64,000 bases of DNA from a candidate division CSSED10-310 bacterium (GTDB taxonomy: Bacteria; CSSED10-310): contig PWNJ01000139.1 of NCBI GenBank assembly GCA_003558985.1, positions 1,244 to 65,243 on the forward strand, read 5' to 3'. The position numbers and the translations under genes are program-made. A model generated the notes under the pieces. That model was not told the DNA's origin and ran no database searches. It saw only the letters and a program-made list of their open reading frames with translations. The first letter of the stretch is position 1, and every line of letters begins with the position of its first letter. Shown one piece after another: positions 36,592 through 45,965 of this stretch.

Positions 36592-38322
36592 TTACATTTT
36601 TTCAACGGGCTTTATCCCTAAGATCTGTAAACCGCTTTTTAAACAAAAAGCAACAGCAGCAGCCATAGCTAATCGGCTCTGTGACAGCAACTCATCACCG
36701 CAATCAAGAATTCGATGACATGTATAAAACGCATTAAAACATCTTGCAACCTCCCATAAGTGAGCCGCAATACGTGATGGATTCAGGTCATCCTCTGATT
36801 TTTTTAACGCCTCAGGGTATTGCAAGAGCGCCCGAATAATGGATTTTTCTTCTTTGCTGATTAATAGCGCTGGATTCCATGTTTTTGATTCTGTCCAGTT
36901 TGCTTTTTGTAAAAGTGAGCATATTCTTGCATGGCAATATTGAATATATGCACCTGTTGCCCCCTCAAATGACAATGATTTTTCCGGATCAAAGTGAATG
37001 TCCTTTTGTGGATTAAAACGCAATATATAATACTTTATCGCTGATAGACCTATCGCTTCAGCAATTGAGTCTCTTTCAGATTGCTCGATTTGAAAATGTG
37101 AGTGTTCCATGATTTCTCGCGACATTTCTTTCATTTTATCTATAAGATTGTCCGCATCGATTACTTTTCCTTCACGGGATTTCATTTTGCCTTCCGGTAA
37201 ATAAACCATTCCATAACTCAAATGGTCACATTTGTCTGCCCATGTATAACCCAATTTTTCAATTATATGAAAGAGCGCTTTGAAATGGTAAATTTGCTCC
37301 GAGCCAACCACATATATTGCTCTGTCTATTTGAAGATCATTAAATCGTTCAACGGCAACACCCAGATCCTGAGTGATATAAAGTGATGTGCCGTCTTTTC
37401 TTAAAACAGCTTTTTCGTCCAAACCGTAATCACTCAAATCAATCCAGACCGAACCGTCATCCTTAAGATAAAAAACATTCTTTTGAAGTCCCTCAGAAAC
37501 AATTTGCTTGCCAGGCAAATAGGTGTCACTTTCGCGTTGAACCAGTTGAAAATGAGATCCAAGTCTTGCATATGTTTCATCAAACCCCTGCTGAACCCAA
37601 TGAGTAAGCTTGTGCCACAACTCACGTGTTTCCATGTCCCCCATTTCCCAGTCACGTAGCATTTGTCTGGCCTCATCCATAAGCTCCGGGTTTTTTGGGG
37701 CATTCTTTTCAAACAAAACATACAAATTACCAACAAATTGGTCTCCTTTTATCTTCATGTCATTTGGTGTCTTACCTTCTGCAAATCGTTTATAAGCAAC
37801 CATTGCTTTGCAAATATGTATTCCCCGATCATTTAGAATGGTTGCTGGAATGCACTTGTGTCCAACAGCCTGAAGCAAATTAATAACAGCAATGCCCAAA
37901 ACATTGTTTCTTACATGGCCCAAATGCAGTGGCTTGTTTGTGTTGGGAGATGAATACTCAACCAGAATTAATTCCGGTTCAGACTGATGTATATGACCAA
38001 ATTTTACTTTTCTGCTCAGAAGTTCTGAAATAACTGTGTCGAATAAAATGGAATCTTTGATTTTGAAGTTAATATACGGTCCAGAAGCAAAGACTGTGTC
38101 AAACCATTTTTTTGGTGACATGCCAGTCACAATCGTCGCAGCTATTTTGGCCGGGGCCTGTCTTAACGCTTTTGCAAAAGTGAAACAAGGTAATGCATAT
38201 TCAGCATCTATGTTTTCAGGGGGAACAACAGGGTCTGGTATATCCGGTCTAATGCCATATGTCTCAACCAATGTTTCAGCAATAACAGACTTTATCTGTA
38301 AACCAAATTCTTCTGTCTTCAT
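36592..38322 (-). CDS. argS: Arginine--tRNA ligase
   Basis: HIGH-type motif SSPNTNKPLHLGHVRN, a KMSK-like GKMKSREG, and a DALR-type anticodon-binding C-terminus. I chose the ATG at 38322 (AAGGA upstream); a GTG at 38337 is the alternative. Confidence 0.93.
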   Translation of the reverse strand: MKTEEFGLQIKSVIAETLVETYGIRPDIPDPVVPPENIDAEYALPCFTFAKALRQAPAKIAATIVTGMSPKKWFDTVFASGPYINFKIKDSILFDTVISELLSRKVKFGHIHQSEPELILVEYSSPNTNKPLHLGHVRNNVLGIAVINLLQAVGHKCIPATILNDRGIHICKAMVAYKRFAEGKTPNDMKIKGDQFVGNLYVLFEKNAPKNPELMDEARQMLRDWEMGDMETRELWHKLTHWVQQGFDETYARLGSHFQLVQRESDTYLPGKQIVSEGLQKNVFYLKDDGSVWIDLSDYGLDEKAVLRKDGTSLYITQDLGVAVERFNDLQIDRAIYVVGSEQIYHFKALFHIIEKLGYTWADKCDHLSYGMVYLPEGKMKSREGKVIDADNLIDKMKEMSREIMEHSHFQIEQSERDSIAEAIGLSAIKYYILRFNPQKDIHFDPEKSLSFEGATGAYIQYCHARICSLLQKANWTESKTWNPALLISKEEKSIIRALLQYPEALKKSEDDLNPSRIAAHLWEVARCFNAFYTCHRILDCGDELLSQSRLAMAAAVAFCLKSGLQILGIKPVEKM

Positions 38323-38387
38323 AACAAATCCTTTCACTTATCAACACACATAAGCACCCGGATTTAATACATCAATCCTTGTAAAGA

Positions 38388-39077
38388 TTAAACCCGATAA
38401 TTTTTTCTAAAAAAAACACTCAAAAGGTACATACCAAAAAGAAAACCACTGATATGTGCCCAGAAAGCGACTCCACCATGCTCCGGAACACCGTTAACTA
38501 AAATCCATGTTCCACTGTGCAATTGAGAAACAAACCAAACTAACAGGTACACAAAAGCAGGTACTTCAAAAAAGAACGGTATAAAGAACAATGGGAAAAG
38601 AACCACTATTCTTGAAAAGGGCAAAATTACAAAATAAGCGCCAAGAACACCTGCAATAGCGCCACTGGCCCCAACAGTCGAAATCGTTGATCCAGAGTGT
38701 ATCGCTGCATGAACCAGAGATGATCCGACCCCGCATAACATATAGAAGAAAAGATATTTCAAATGTCCCATTCGATCTTCTATACAGGGGCCAAAAAGAT
38801 ATAGTGTCCATAGATTGAATAGAATATGAAAAAATCCTCCATGGATAAACATCGCTGTCAAAACAGGTAAAAATATCATGTTAGAAACATCGTTAAACGA
38901 GCTGGCTCGCAAAGCCCACAAATCTGCCGGGACCAGCCCGAATACATTAAAAAACTCTTTCAGTTCATTTTCTGTCAAGGTCAGCTCAAAAGCAAACACC
39001 ACCAGATTTACAAGACATATCAACAGTGTAATCCATGGAAATGTGTGACAGCGCGTTTTGTTTTTAACAGGAATCAT
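38388..39077 (-). CDS. Rhomboid family intramembrane serine protease
   Basis: Six to seven TM helices, the HGGFFHILFN motif, catalytic GASGAIAG (GxSG) and AHISGFLFG (His). The start overlaps the upstream stop by 1 nt. Confidence 0.88.
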   Translation of the reverse strand: MIPVKNKTRCHTFPWITLLICLVNLVVFAFELTLTENELKEFFNVFGLVPADLWALRASSFNDVSNMIFLPVLTAMFIHGGFFHILFNLWTLYLFGPCIEDRMGHLKYLFFYMLCGVGSSLVHAAIHSGSTISTVGASGAIAGVLGAYFVILPFSRIVVLFPLFFIPFFFEVPAFVYLLVWFVSQLHSGTWILVNGVPEHGGVAFWAHISGFLFGMYLLSVFFRKNYRV

Positions 39078-40672
39078 CAGTCTCTTTTTATCGGTAACAC
39101 CGGTGGGACGTAGCTATCAGTCCACGTCCTTTGAAGTAAATCAGGAACATCAATTGCGCATATCATTACGTAAAATTTACTTTCAGGCAATCTGTATTCA
39201 TCCAGAATTACATGATATCCCAAATTTTCCCGATATAACTCCAAATCTTTCTCCTCAACAACTATTCCAACCCTCTTGTTTGGGTTCTCGGATAGTTCTA
39301 ACGGTTGCTTGTCAGGATCAGAAACCCATTGGCCATTTTCAAAACCAATTATTGATATCCTGTCATGGTACCAGGTTCGAGTAGCAACCCAAAAAGGCAT
39401 ATGGTAATGAGTAACTTCAGAAATTCCAGTGCTGAACAGATAAGGAATTTTTTCAAGTGATTTCATATCAGATTGCAATCTGGTCATTGTATCTGGTCGG
39501 GGATGAATCTGATAAGGACCTTTGAAAAATTGCCAGATGTTTAAAATGATTAGAAAACCCACCACAGCGATACTGAGCCATGCGGCAAATTTTCGTTTCA
39601 TTCTTTTTGTTATAAAGTCAAGTAAGCCACAAAGACCCACCGAAGCCGTTATTGCAAAATAGGGCATAGAAAAAGCGTGGTACATACTGCTCCAATTTTC
39701 GGTTTTAATAAACCCCAATAGCAAATACTTAATTATTGGCAGACCCAATGCAAACAAAAACAGTTGCTTATCTGCTTTAATAAGAAAATAAGCACCCGCT
39801 AGCACAAAGATTGCCATGGTAGAGTTTAAAACAGCCGCTTCAGAATTCGATAGTATGCAGTCATAATTGCCCCATACAAGACTTCTGAAAAAATAAATCA
39901 TCGCATTAAAAAACGTACCTAAAACATCTTGCAGGTACCAGATTTCTTCTTGAAAATGGCGTTTTCGCCACAATAAATAATATGGGTTTCTAAATAAATA
40001 CAGTATTAACGGAAGAGTGAAAATAAAATAAGCAAACACAATTGTTATACATTGGTATATTTTAGTTTTTATTGGATTTTCTTTAATCAGAACAGCCAAA
40101 ATCACAACAGGCGCTATAAGTGGATAATGCGCAAACCACGTTGAAACTGATAAAACGAAAGCGATTAGGACGTAATGAATTGTTTTGGTCGAGTTTATCG
40201 AGCTTAAATACAAGGAAAACATCCATAGTAATGTAACGAACATGATGAAATTCATGACTAAATATCTGTCCCAAACCAATTGCATAGGGACGCTGGCAAA
40301 AAACAACCCTGCGACAACTCCTGTAAACTGATTAAACCTTTTCGCTGTCAACCAATAAATGAAGGGCGGTACCATGGACGCTATAACAGTTCCAAACAAT
40401 CGAAAGGATGCCCAACTGCGTCCGAAGATCAATACCCATGGAACCATTAGCCAACTGTAAACGGCTTCATCATATTCAAGAATCCATGGAAGATGGGGAA
40501 AATGGTAATTGCCGTGAATATTATCAAAACAGGCCAGAACATGTCTGGCACCAAGATCATGAATTGCATTGTTGATTGTATTCGCATGAACAATTCGTAA
40601 TACAAATCCAAGCAAACCGATGAAGATAAAAATAACTATGTTTTTATATTTGGGTATCAACAATTGCAACAT
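39077..40672 (-). CDS. GT-C fold membrane glycosyltransferase (ArnT / PMT, GT39-like) with a C-terminal soluble domain
   Basis: About 11 TM helices, an acidic first-loop motif ILEYDEAVY typical of GT-C enzymes, and a ~150-aa C-terminal hydrophilic domain. The family assignment is from pattern only. Confidence 0.55.
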   Translation of the reverse strand: MLQLLIPKYKNIVIFIFIGLLGFVLRIVHANTINNAIHDLGARHVLACFDNIHGNYHFPHLPWILEYDEAVYSWLMVPWVLIFGRSWASFRLFGTVIASMVPPFIYWLTAKRFNQFTGVVAGLFFASVPMQLVWDRYLVMNFIMFVTLLWMFSLYLSSINSTKTIHYVLIAFVLSVSTWFAHYPLIAPVVILAVLIKENPIKTKIYQCITIVFAYFIFTLPLILYLFRNPYYLLWRKRHFQEEIWYLQDVLGTFFNAMIYFFRSLVWGNYDCILSNSEAAVLNSTMAIFVLAGAYFLIKADKQLFLFALGLPIIKYLLLGFIKTENWSSMYHAFSMPYFAITASVGLCGLLDFITKRMKRKFAAWLSIAVVGFLIILNIWQFFKGPYQIHPRPDTMTRLQSDMKSLEKIPYLFSTGISEVTHYHMPFWVATRTWYHDRISIIGFENGQWVSDPDKQPLELSENPNKRVGIVVEEKDLELYRENLGYHVILDEYRLPESKFYVMICAIDVPDLLQRTWTDSYVPPVLPIKRD

Positions 40673-40681
40673 AAGTGATAA

Positions 40682-42346
40682 TTACAGATACTGTTTCAAA
40701 ACACGCCAGTATAAATCATGTTCCTCAACTAAAACTCTCTTCGCAAGCGTCTCCGGTGTATCGGAAGCTAAAACAGGTACAACTCTCTGACCAAGAATTT
40801 CCCCGGCATCATATTCAGTGTTAACTCGGTGTACCGTTGCTCCAGTATAACGCACTCCGCTTCTTATAACCTCCTGATGAATACGTAAACCATACATGCC
40901 CTTTCCACCAAAAGCCGGAAGCAAAGCTGGATGAATATTAAAAACACGATCATTGAAACTTTTTAATACTCTGTCAGGTATTTTTTTCATATATCCAGCC
41001 AGAACAAGTGTATCAGCAGCACATTTTTCGATTACTTCAAAAAGCTTATCAGTTTCTTTACCGGGATGTGTAACTTGCGAAATATGATACGCTGGTATCC
41101 CTTGCTTTTTAGCTCTTTCCAATATAAATGCTCTGGAATTATTTGAAACCACACATACAATTTCTGCGTCCAGATCACCGCGATCAATTGCATTGCAAAG
41201 AGATTGCATATTTGTTCCACTGCCCGACCCCAGAACTGCTATTCTGGCCTTTCGGGTCTGTGTTTTTAATCCGATGTCATCCTTTGTACTAACTTTAACA
41301 TTTTCTTTGATTGAGTTTGACCATGTAATTCCGGGTCTGGATGAAACCTGTCCGATAATATAGTGACTGTATCCATGAAAGTTCAACGTGTCCTGAATGT
41401 TTTTCAAAGATTCACTGTTGACAGCAATAATCATTCCTAAACCCATGTTAAAGGTTCGTGACATTTCTGTTTGATCAATTTGCCCAATCTCCTGCATAAT
41501 CTCGAAAATCGCTGGAACGGGCCAACTGTTTTTATGCAGGGTAGCCCCGCATGAATCAGGCAGTATTCTGGGAAGATTTCCCGGAATTCCACCTCCGGTT
41601 ATGTGAGCTGCTGCTTTTACTCCTTCAAGACTTAAAAGAATAGAAAACTCATCGGTATAAATATGTGTTGGTTGAAGTAAAACTTCTCCCAAGGGTTGGC
41701 TTAATCCCGGCAACATTGATTCCAGGGGGTATTTTTTCCGATCTTTAAAAAGATTACGGACCAGTGAATATCCGTTTGAATGAAGTCCATTTGAAGGCAA
41801 TCCGATCAAAATATCACCGGGAACAACGTTTTTGGAGTCAAGAATTTTATCTTTGTCAACAATACCAACAGCAAAACCAGCAAGGTCATACTCATTAGCC
41901 TTGTAAAAATCCGGCATTTCAGCCGTTTCACCTCCAAGTAAAACACATCCGCTTTTTAAACATCCATCGCAAATACCGGCGATCACCTGTGCCAGCTTTT
42001 TACTATCAATTTTTGATGTAGCCAGATAATCCAGAAACGCTACTGGCTGGGCTCCGGTTACCAGCAAATCATTTACAGACATTGCGACAAGATCAATTCC
42101 AATTGTATCGTGGCGATTCATCTCAAATGCAATTTTCAGCTTTGTACCAACACCGTCTGTACAAGCAACCAAAACCGGATTCTTCCAATTGCCCGATGAA
42201 AGATTTATCATTCCAGCAAATGAACCGATATGGTCCATCGAGCAAAAAGTTCGCGTCTTGTCTACATGCGGCAATATGGCCTTCACAAACGCTTCACCGG
42301 CGTCGATATCTACCCCTGACTCTTTATAAGTGATTCTTTTATACAC
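40682..42346 (-). CDS. purMN: Bifunctional PurM-PurN fusion: AIR synthetase plus GAR formyltransferase
   Basis: The N-terminal half is PurM (YKESGVDIDAG, ACTDGVGTKL, GGETAEMP). The C-terminal half is PurN ([48 protein letters not shown]). Confidence 0.9.
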   Translation of the reverse strand: MYKRITYKESGVDIDAGEAFVKAILPHVDKTRTFCSMDHIGSFAGMINLSSGNWKNPVLVACTDGVGTKLKIAFEMNRHDTIGIDLVAMSVNDLLVTGAQPVAFLDYLATSKIDSKKLAQVIAGICDGCLKSGCVLLGGETAEMPDFYKANEYDLAGFAVGIVDKDKILDSKNVVPGDILIGLPSNGLHSNGYSLVRNLFKDRKKYPLESMLPGLSQPLGEVLLQPTHIYTDEFSILLSLEGVKAAAHITGGGIPGNLPRILPDSCGATLHKNSWPVPAIFEIMQEIGQIDQTEMSRTFNMGLGMIIAVNSESLKNIQDTLNFHGYSHYIIGQVSSRPGITWSNSIKENVKVSTKDDIGLKTQTRKARIAVLGSGSGTNMQSLCNAIDRGDLDAEIVCVVSNNSRAFILERAKKQGIPAYHISQVTHPGKETDKLFEVIEKCAADTLVLAGYMKKIPDRVLKSFNDRVFNIHPALLPAFGGKGMYGLRIHQEVIRSGVRYTGATVHRVNTEYDAGEILGQRVVPVLASDTPETLAKRVLVEEHDLYWRVLKQYL

Positions 42347-42384
42347 TTCTCCTGCCCATCTGCATTTTCGGTTTCTATCGTTGT

Positions 42385-43449
42385 TCAGCGAATACCGGAA
42401 ATAACTCGTAACATGTATGATCTGTCAACAGAACGGGAAAGAACCATATCTTTGGAGATGATTTCTTTCTTGTATAACTGATATAGCGCCTGATCCATTG
42501 TCTGCATTCCTTCTTTTTTACTTGACTGAATAAGGCTTGTTAACTGGTGCGTTTTGCCCTCACGGATAACATTGGAAATCGCTGAGTTACAAATCATCAG
42601 TTCGACTGCGGGCACCCTGCTGTTCCCATCTATGGTGGGTAACAATTGTTGTGATATTACGCCTCTTAAAGACACTGAGAGCATAATTCGTACATGTTCC
42701 TGTTCTTCAACCGGAAAAACATCAACAACACGGTCGATTGTTTTGACAGCAGAATTAGTGTGTACAGTAGCAAAAACCAAAATTCCTGTTTCAGCGGCTG
42801 ACAGTGTCAGCTGGGTTGTTTCCAAATCACGCATTTCGCCTACAAGAATCAAATCAGGGTCTTCTCGTAAAGCTGCACGCAAAGCATCTGAAAAGGATTC
42901 TGTATGCAGACCAACCTCCCTTTGCGTAATTAGACATCCCTGGTTGTAGTGAACAAACTCTATGGGATCTTCAATAGTCACAACATGGCGTTTCCCCCGT
43001 TTGTTAATAATATCAATAATAGAGGCCATTGTTGTGCTTTTTCCAGAACCGGTTGCTCCAGTAATCAAAACCAATCCGCGATCAAGATCGGCAAACTTTC
43101 TAATGCTTTCAGGCAGGCTGAGTTCCTCCAAAGGTATCGGTTGATCAGGTATGACCCGAAACACAGCTCCCAGACCTTTGCTTTGATGAAACATCGCTAC
43201 TCTGAAACGCGATAATCCTTGAACCTGGTATGCAAAATCAACATCCTTATCTTCTTCAAAACGATTTTTGTGAATTTTACTCAACACTTCGTACAGAATC
43301 GCCTTGCCTTGTTCAAAAGTAACAATATCGTCTCTCATCGGAGTCAAAATACCATTTAAACGTATCATCGGTTTGGCGCCGGTGACAAAATGTAAATCAG
43401 ACCCGCCCCGGGATACTACTTCACGCAACAGTTGGTCAATTACAGGCAT
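42385..43449 (-). CDS. pilT: Type IV pilus retraction ATPase PilT
   Basis: Walker A GATGSGKSTT, Walker B/Asp box ILVGEMRD, His box TVHTNSA, and the PilT-type motif AISNVIREGKTHQL. Confidence 0.9.
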   Translation of the reverse strand: MPVIDQLLREVVSRGGSDLHFVTGAKPMIRLNGILTPMRDDIVTFEQGKAILYEVLSKIHKNRFEEDKDVDFAYQVQGLSRFRVAMFHQSKGLGAVFRVIPDQPIPLEELSLPESIRKFADLDRGLVLITGATGSGKSTTMASIIDIINKRGKRHVVTIEDPIEFVHYNQGCLITQREVGLHTESFSDALRAALREDPDLILVGEMRDLETTQLTLSAAETGILVFATVHTNSAVKTIDRVVDVFPVEEQEHVRIMLSVSLRGVISQQLLPTIDGNSRVPAVELMICNSAISNVIREGKTHQLTSLIQSSKKEGMQTMDQALYQLYKKEIISKDMVLSRSVDRSYMLRVISGIR

Positions 43450-43451
43450 CG

Positions 43452-44603
43452 TCAGCCTCGTTTCTGAAGAATCCAGTTTCTTGGAGATGATTTTTTAGAT
43501 CGGCCCTTAACATTAATTTCTACTTGATGAGGTCCAATATTGGCTTTTTTGCACGCATCCGTAAAATACTTGGGATCATGAGCGTGTAACAACGCTTCAT
43601 CATAAGACACCTTTCGGGCTTTCAAAAGCCTGACCAAATCTTCATCCATCAGGTGCATTCCAGAAGAATGACTCATTTGTATAATACTTGGAATCTGAAA
43701 TGTTTTGGCGTCGCGGATTTGAGCTGAAATCGACGCTATTCCGACGAGTACTTCACATGCCAGAATTCGGGATTTTCCATCAACTGTTTTAAGCAAATTC
43801 TGACAAACAATACACCGAATGGATTCGGATACCATCGTCCGGATTTGATTACGTTGATGCCCCGGAAAGGCGTCAATGATTCGATCAAGTGTTTTTGAGG
43901 CTGACAGCGTATGCAGTGTTCCCAATACAAGGTGGCCAGTTTCTGCGGCAGTAATTGCCATAGAAATCGTTTCTAAATCCCGCATTTCACCAACAAGAAT
44001 TATATCTGGATCTTGTCGAAGCGCTTGTCTCAAAGTTGTCGCAAATCCTTTACAATGATAGCCGACTTCTCTTTGATTTACCATGCACAGCTTATTTTCA
44101 TGAACAAATTCTATCGGGTCTTCCAATGTAATAATATGCTTTTTCTGAGTTTTGTTTATCAGATCAATCATCGCAGCAAGAGTCGAGGTTTTACCTGTTC
44201 CTGACGAACCAGTCACAAGTATCAAGCCCTGGTTTAACTGACACATTTCCCTAACGATATCAGGCAATCCAAGTTCATTCAGTGACGGTATGCGGGATGG
44301 AATAACATGAAAATTGGCATCCAATCCCCTGCGCTGCCGGTAAACATTTACTCTGAATCTTTGATTTTTCGTTGATTTATATGAAAAATCCAGCTCTTTG
44401 CAGCTCTTCAGCACAATCTCTTTCTGTCGTGCATCAAGCAACTCCATTATCAGAGTTTTTGACATGTCAAATGTAACAACTTCGTCGGTCATTCTGACAA
44501 GATCACCGTGTAATCTCATTAACGGTGGCGCGCCTGTACAAAAATGAACATTGGAAGCTTTTGCCTGAACAGCTTTGTCCAGTAATGTATCTATTGCTGC
44601 CAT
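43452..44603 (-). CDS. PilT/PilU-family ATPase paralogue
   Basis: GSSGTGKTST, ILVGEMRD and TLHTLSASKT. The PilT AIRNLIRE-type motif has diverged (ISAQIRDAKTFQI). There is a ~35-aa C-terminal extension. Confidence 0.85.
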   Translation of the reverse strand: MAAIDTLLDKAVQAKASNVHFCTGAPPLMRLHGDLVRMTDEVVTFDMSKTLIMELLDARQKEIVLKSCKELDFSYKSTKNQRFRVNVYRQRRGLDANFHVIPSRIPSLNELGLPDIVREMCQLNQGLILVTGSSGTGKTSTLAAMIDLINKTQKKHIITLEDPIEFVHENKLCMVNQREVGYHCKGFATTLRQALRQDPDIILVGEMRDLETISMAITAAETGHLVLGTLHTLSASKTLDRIIDAFPGHQRNQIRTMVSESIRCIVCQNLLKTVDGKSRILACEVLVGIASISAQIRDAKTFQIPSIIQMSHSSGMHLMDEDLVRLLKARKVSYDEALLHAHDPKYFTDACKKANIGPHQVEINVKGRSKKSSPRNWILQKRG

Positions 44604-44666
44604 TATCTCCTTGCTCCAGGTTCTCGGTAATCCATTTACCGAAACAAAATACTAACCTATCACAGT

Positions 44667-44678
44667 TTTACATGTAAA
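44667..44678. repeat. Perfect 12-bp palindrome TTTACATGTAAA in the divergent pilT-paralogue / glycosyltransferase intergenic region
   Basis: Read directly from the sequence; it is self-complementary over all 12 nt. Confidence 0.6.
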
Positions 44679-44756
44679 TTCCAGCGATTGTTTTCATCAG
44701 TAGATGCAAGTAACAGACATTGTAAATACCGATCTCATCCTGTATCTTTCACCTCT

Positions 44757-45965
44757 ATGAACGTATTGGATGACCAGAATAACATCTCCAACAAGCCTGC
44801 AGAGCCGCAAATTGTCGGAATTGATATCAGAAAAATGAATGATTTTGGCATTGGAACATATATTCGTCATCTAATACAGGGCTTGTCTGAATATGATATG
44901 CCAAATCAGATAAAATTTCATTTAATCATTAACAAACATATATCCAATCGTTCTTTTTCGTTATCAAAAAAACGTTTTCAAACAGTACATTTGAATAGAA
45001 GCCGGCGATCTCCACTTCAGGGGCATCTGCCATCGTCGCTAAATCTCAACTTGTTTCATGCCCCCCATTATCTGGCGCCTGACAATGGTTCAACTCCCAT
45101 GATTTTAACTGTGCACGACTGCATACATCTGCATCCGCCCACCATTCCGCAAGCATTTTCAAATATGACGTCGCTTTCACAATCAATGTTTATACGAGCC
45201 AAACGGTTCTATCATCAACAACTGGCTTCGGGAAAATTTAAACGGGCTGTCAAGTCGGCATCTGCAATAATTGCGGTTTCAAACTATTCAGCCACGCATC
45301 TGGTTGAACTGACAAACATTGACAGGCGAAAAATTTCAGTAGTTTACAATTGTGTTGACAAAATCTTTTTGAAAGACAGAAGTGACGCTGACAAACGTCA
45401 GTTTTGTCGTCTTTTCAATTTGCCGTATAAAGAATACGTCCTTTATTGCGGCAATGATTTATACCACAAAAACCTGTTAACACTATTGCTGGCCTGGAAA
45501 CACCTTCAGGAATCAAACAGTTCTCCAGCTCTTGTTCTGGCAGGGCCCCCTCGAAAAGAAATGATTTCACGGTATACCGAAATGCTCGGTATTCAAAATT
45601 CTGTTTTTTTAACTGATCGAGTGCCGGCTCATCAGATGCCTTTGCTATATAGAAGTGCACTGTGCCTTGTAAATCCATCATTAGCAGAAGGATTTGGACT
45701 ACCGGTAATCGAAGCCATGGTATCCGGAATTCCTGTAGTATGTTCAAATCTGGAGGTTTTCAGGGAAGTGACGGGCGGTCATGCATCTTTTTTTAATCCG
45801 AAAAAACCGGAGGATATTTGTGAAGTTTTGTTGCATAGTCTGCATAAACAGAAAGATATGAGTTCTATGTTAAATCTCGCATCAGCTTTTGCGCGAAAAT
45901 ACTCGATGAATGCTTTTGTTTCCGGTCACAAGCATGTATATAGTCGTGTGCTGGGAGGTTTGTAA
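44757..45965 (+). CDS. Glycosyltransferase, GT4 (GT-B fold)
   Basis: EGFGLPVIEAM (E-x7-E motif). The track start (44688) is TTG, so I trimmed to the first ATG at 44757. Confidence 0.8.
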   Translation: MNVLDDQNNISNKPAEPQIVGIDIRKMNDFGIGTYIRHLIQGLSEYDMPNQIKFHLIINKHISNRSFSLSKKRFQTVHLNRSRRSPLQGHLPSSLNLNLFHAPHYLAPDNGSTPMILTVHDCIHLHPPTIPQAFSNMTSLSQSMFIRAKRFYHQQLASGKFKRAVKSASAIIAVSNYSATHLVELTNIDRRKISVVYNCVDKIFLKDRSDADKRQFCRLFNLPYKEYVLYCGNDLYHKNLLTLLLAWKHLQESNSSPALVLAGPPRKEMISRYTEMLGIQNSVFLTDRVPAHQMPLLYRSALCLVNPSLAEGFGLPVIEAMVSGIPVVCSNLEVFREVTGGHASFFNPKKPEDICEVLLHSLHKQKDMSSMLNLASAFARKYSMNAFVSGHKHVYSRVLGGL

